Source: a bacterium (GTDB lineage: Bacteria > SZUA-182 > DTGQ01 > JAFGSM01). From it: 37,767 bases of DNA. Shown here in pieces: positions 37,614 through 37,767 of this stretch. Below the pieces are notes generated by a model. That model was not told where the DNA came from and searched no databases. It saw nothing but the letters and a program-made list of their open reading frames with translations. The stretch covers positions 1 to 37,767 of the forward strand of contig JBLIRO010000047.1 of NCBI GenBank assembly GCA_049472335.1, read 5' to 3'. The position numbers and the translations under genes were made by a program. Positions within the stretch are counted from its first letter, which is position 1, and every line of letters starts with the position of its first letter.

Positions 37614-37767
37614 ACCTCATTCAATGTCATTACATTAACTAATTATATTATATCATTTAAAAATATTACGGAAGAATTTATTTTAGCGAGAGCTTTTCAT
37701 TTCTATAATAGAGAGATAATATTACTTTCCCAACTACCTTTTCTAAATCACTTCGCTTTTTTTCTTT

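Overview
AT-rich (~40% GC) window from a diderm bacterium (it encodes an outer-membrane beta-barrel); the gene styles resemble those of uncultured Desulfobacterota-like sediment lineages, which is an inference. Left end (1-2 kb): decayed integron-like region with two attC-like hairpins, a truncated tyrosine-recombinase gene, gene remnants and an intact DUF4823-type lipoprotein gene. Next are housekeeping glgB and a treS-maltokinase fusion. 7.7-18.7 kb: three minus-strand paralogous secreted vWA proteins with a shared CLCA-like scaffold and different N-terminal modules (none, HExxH zincin, tandem histidine phosphatase; the last is frameshifted). Two of them end in PKD + Tyr-rich tail + a shared 29-aa C-terminal motif. 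Then a truncated liv operon (livK-livH-stub). 22-36 kb: four tandem paralogous secreted Gly/Tyr/Pro-rich small proteins separated by a repeated spacer, directly followed by a ~2420-aa secreted protein (21 LVIVD repeats, three clan-CD/C13-like peptidase domains, only the middle one catalytically intact), two proteins ending in a CFI-box, and a convergent FadL/PorV-like barrel. The best candidate for an undescribed system is this extracellular Tyr-rich protein assembly/processing locus. No rRNA, tRNA or CRISPR array was seen. All family assignments come from motif reading by eye, not database searches.
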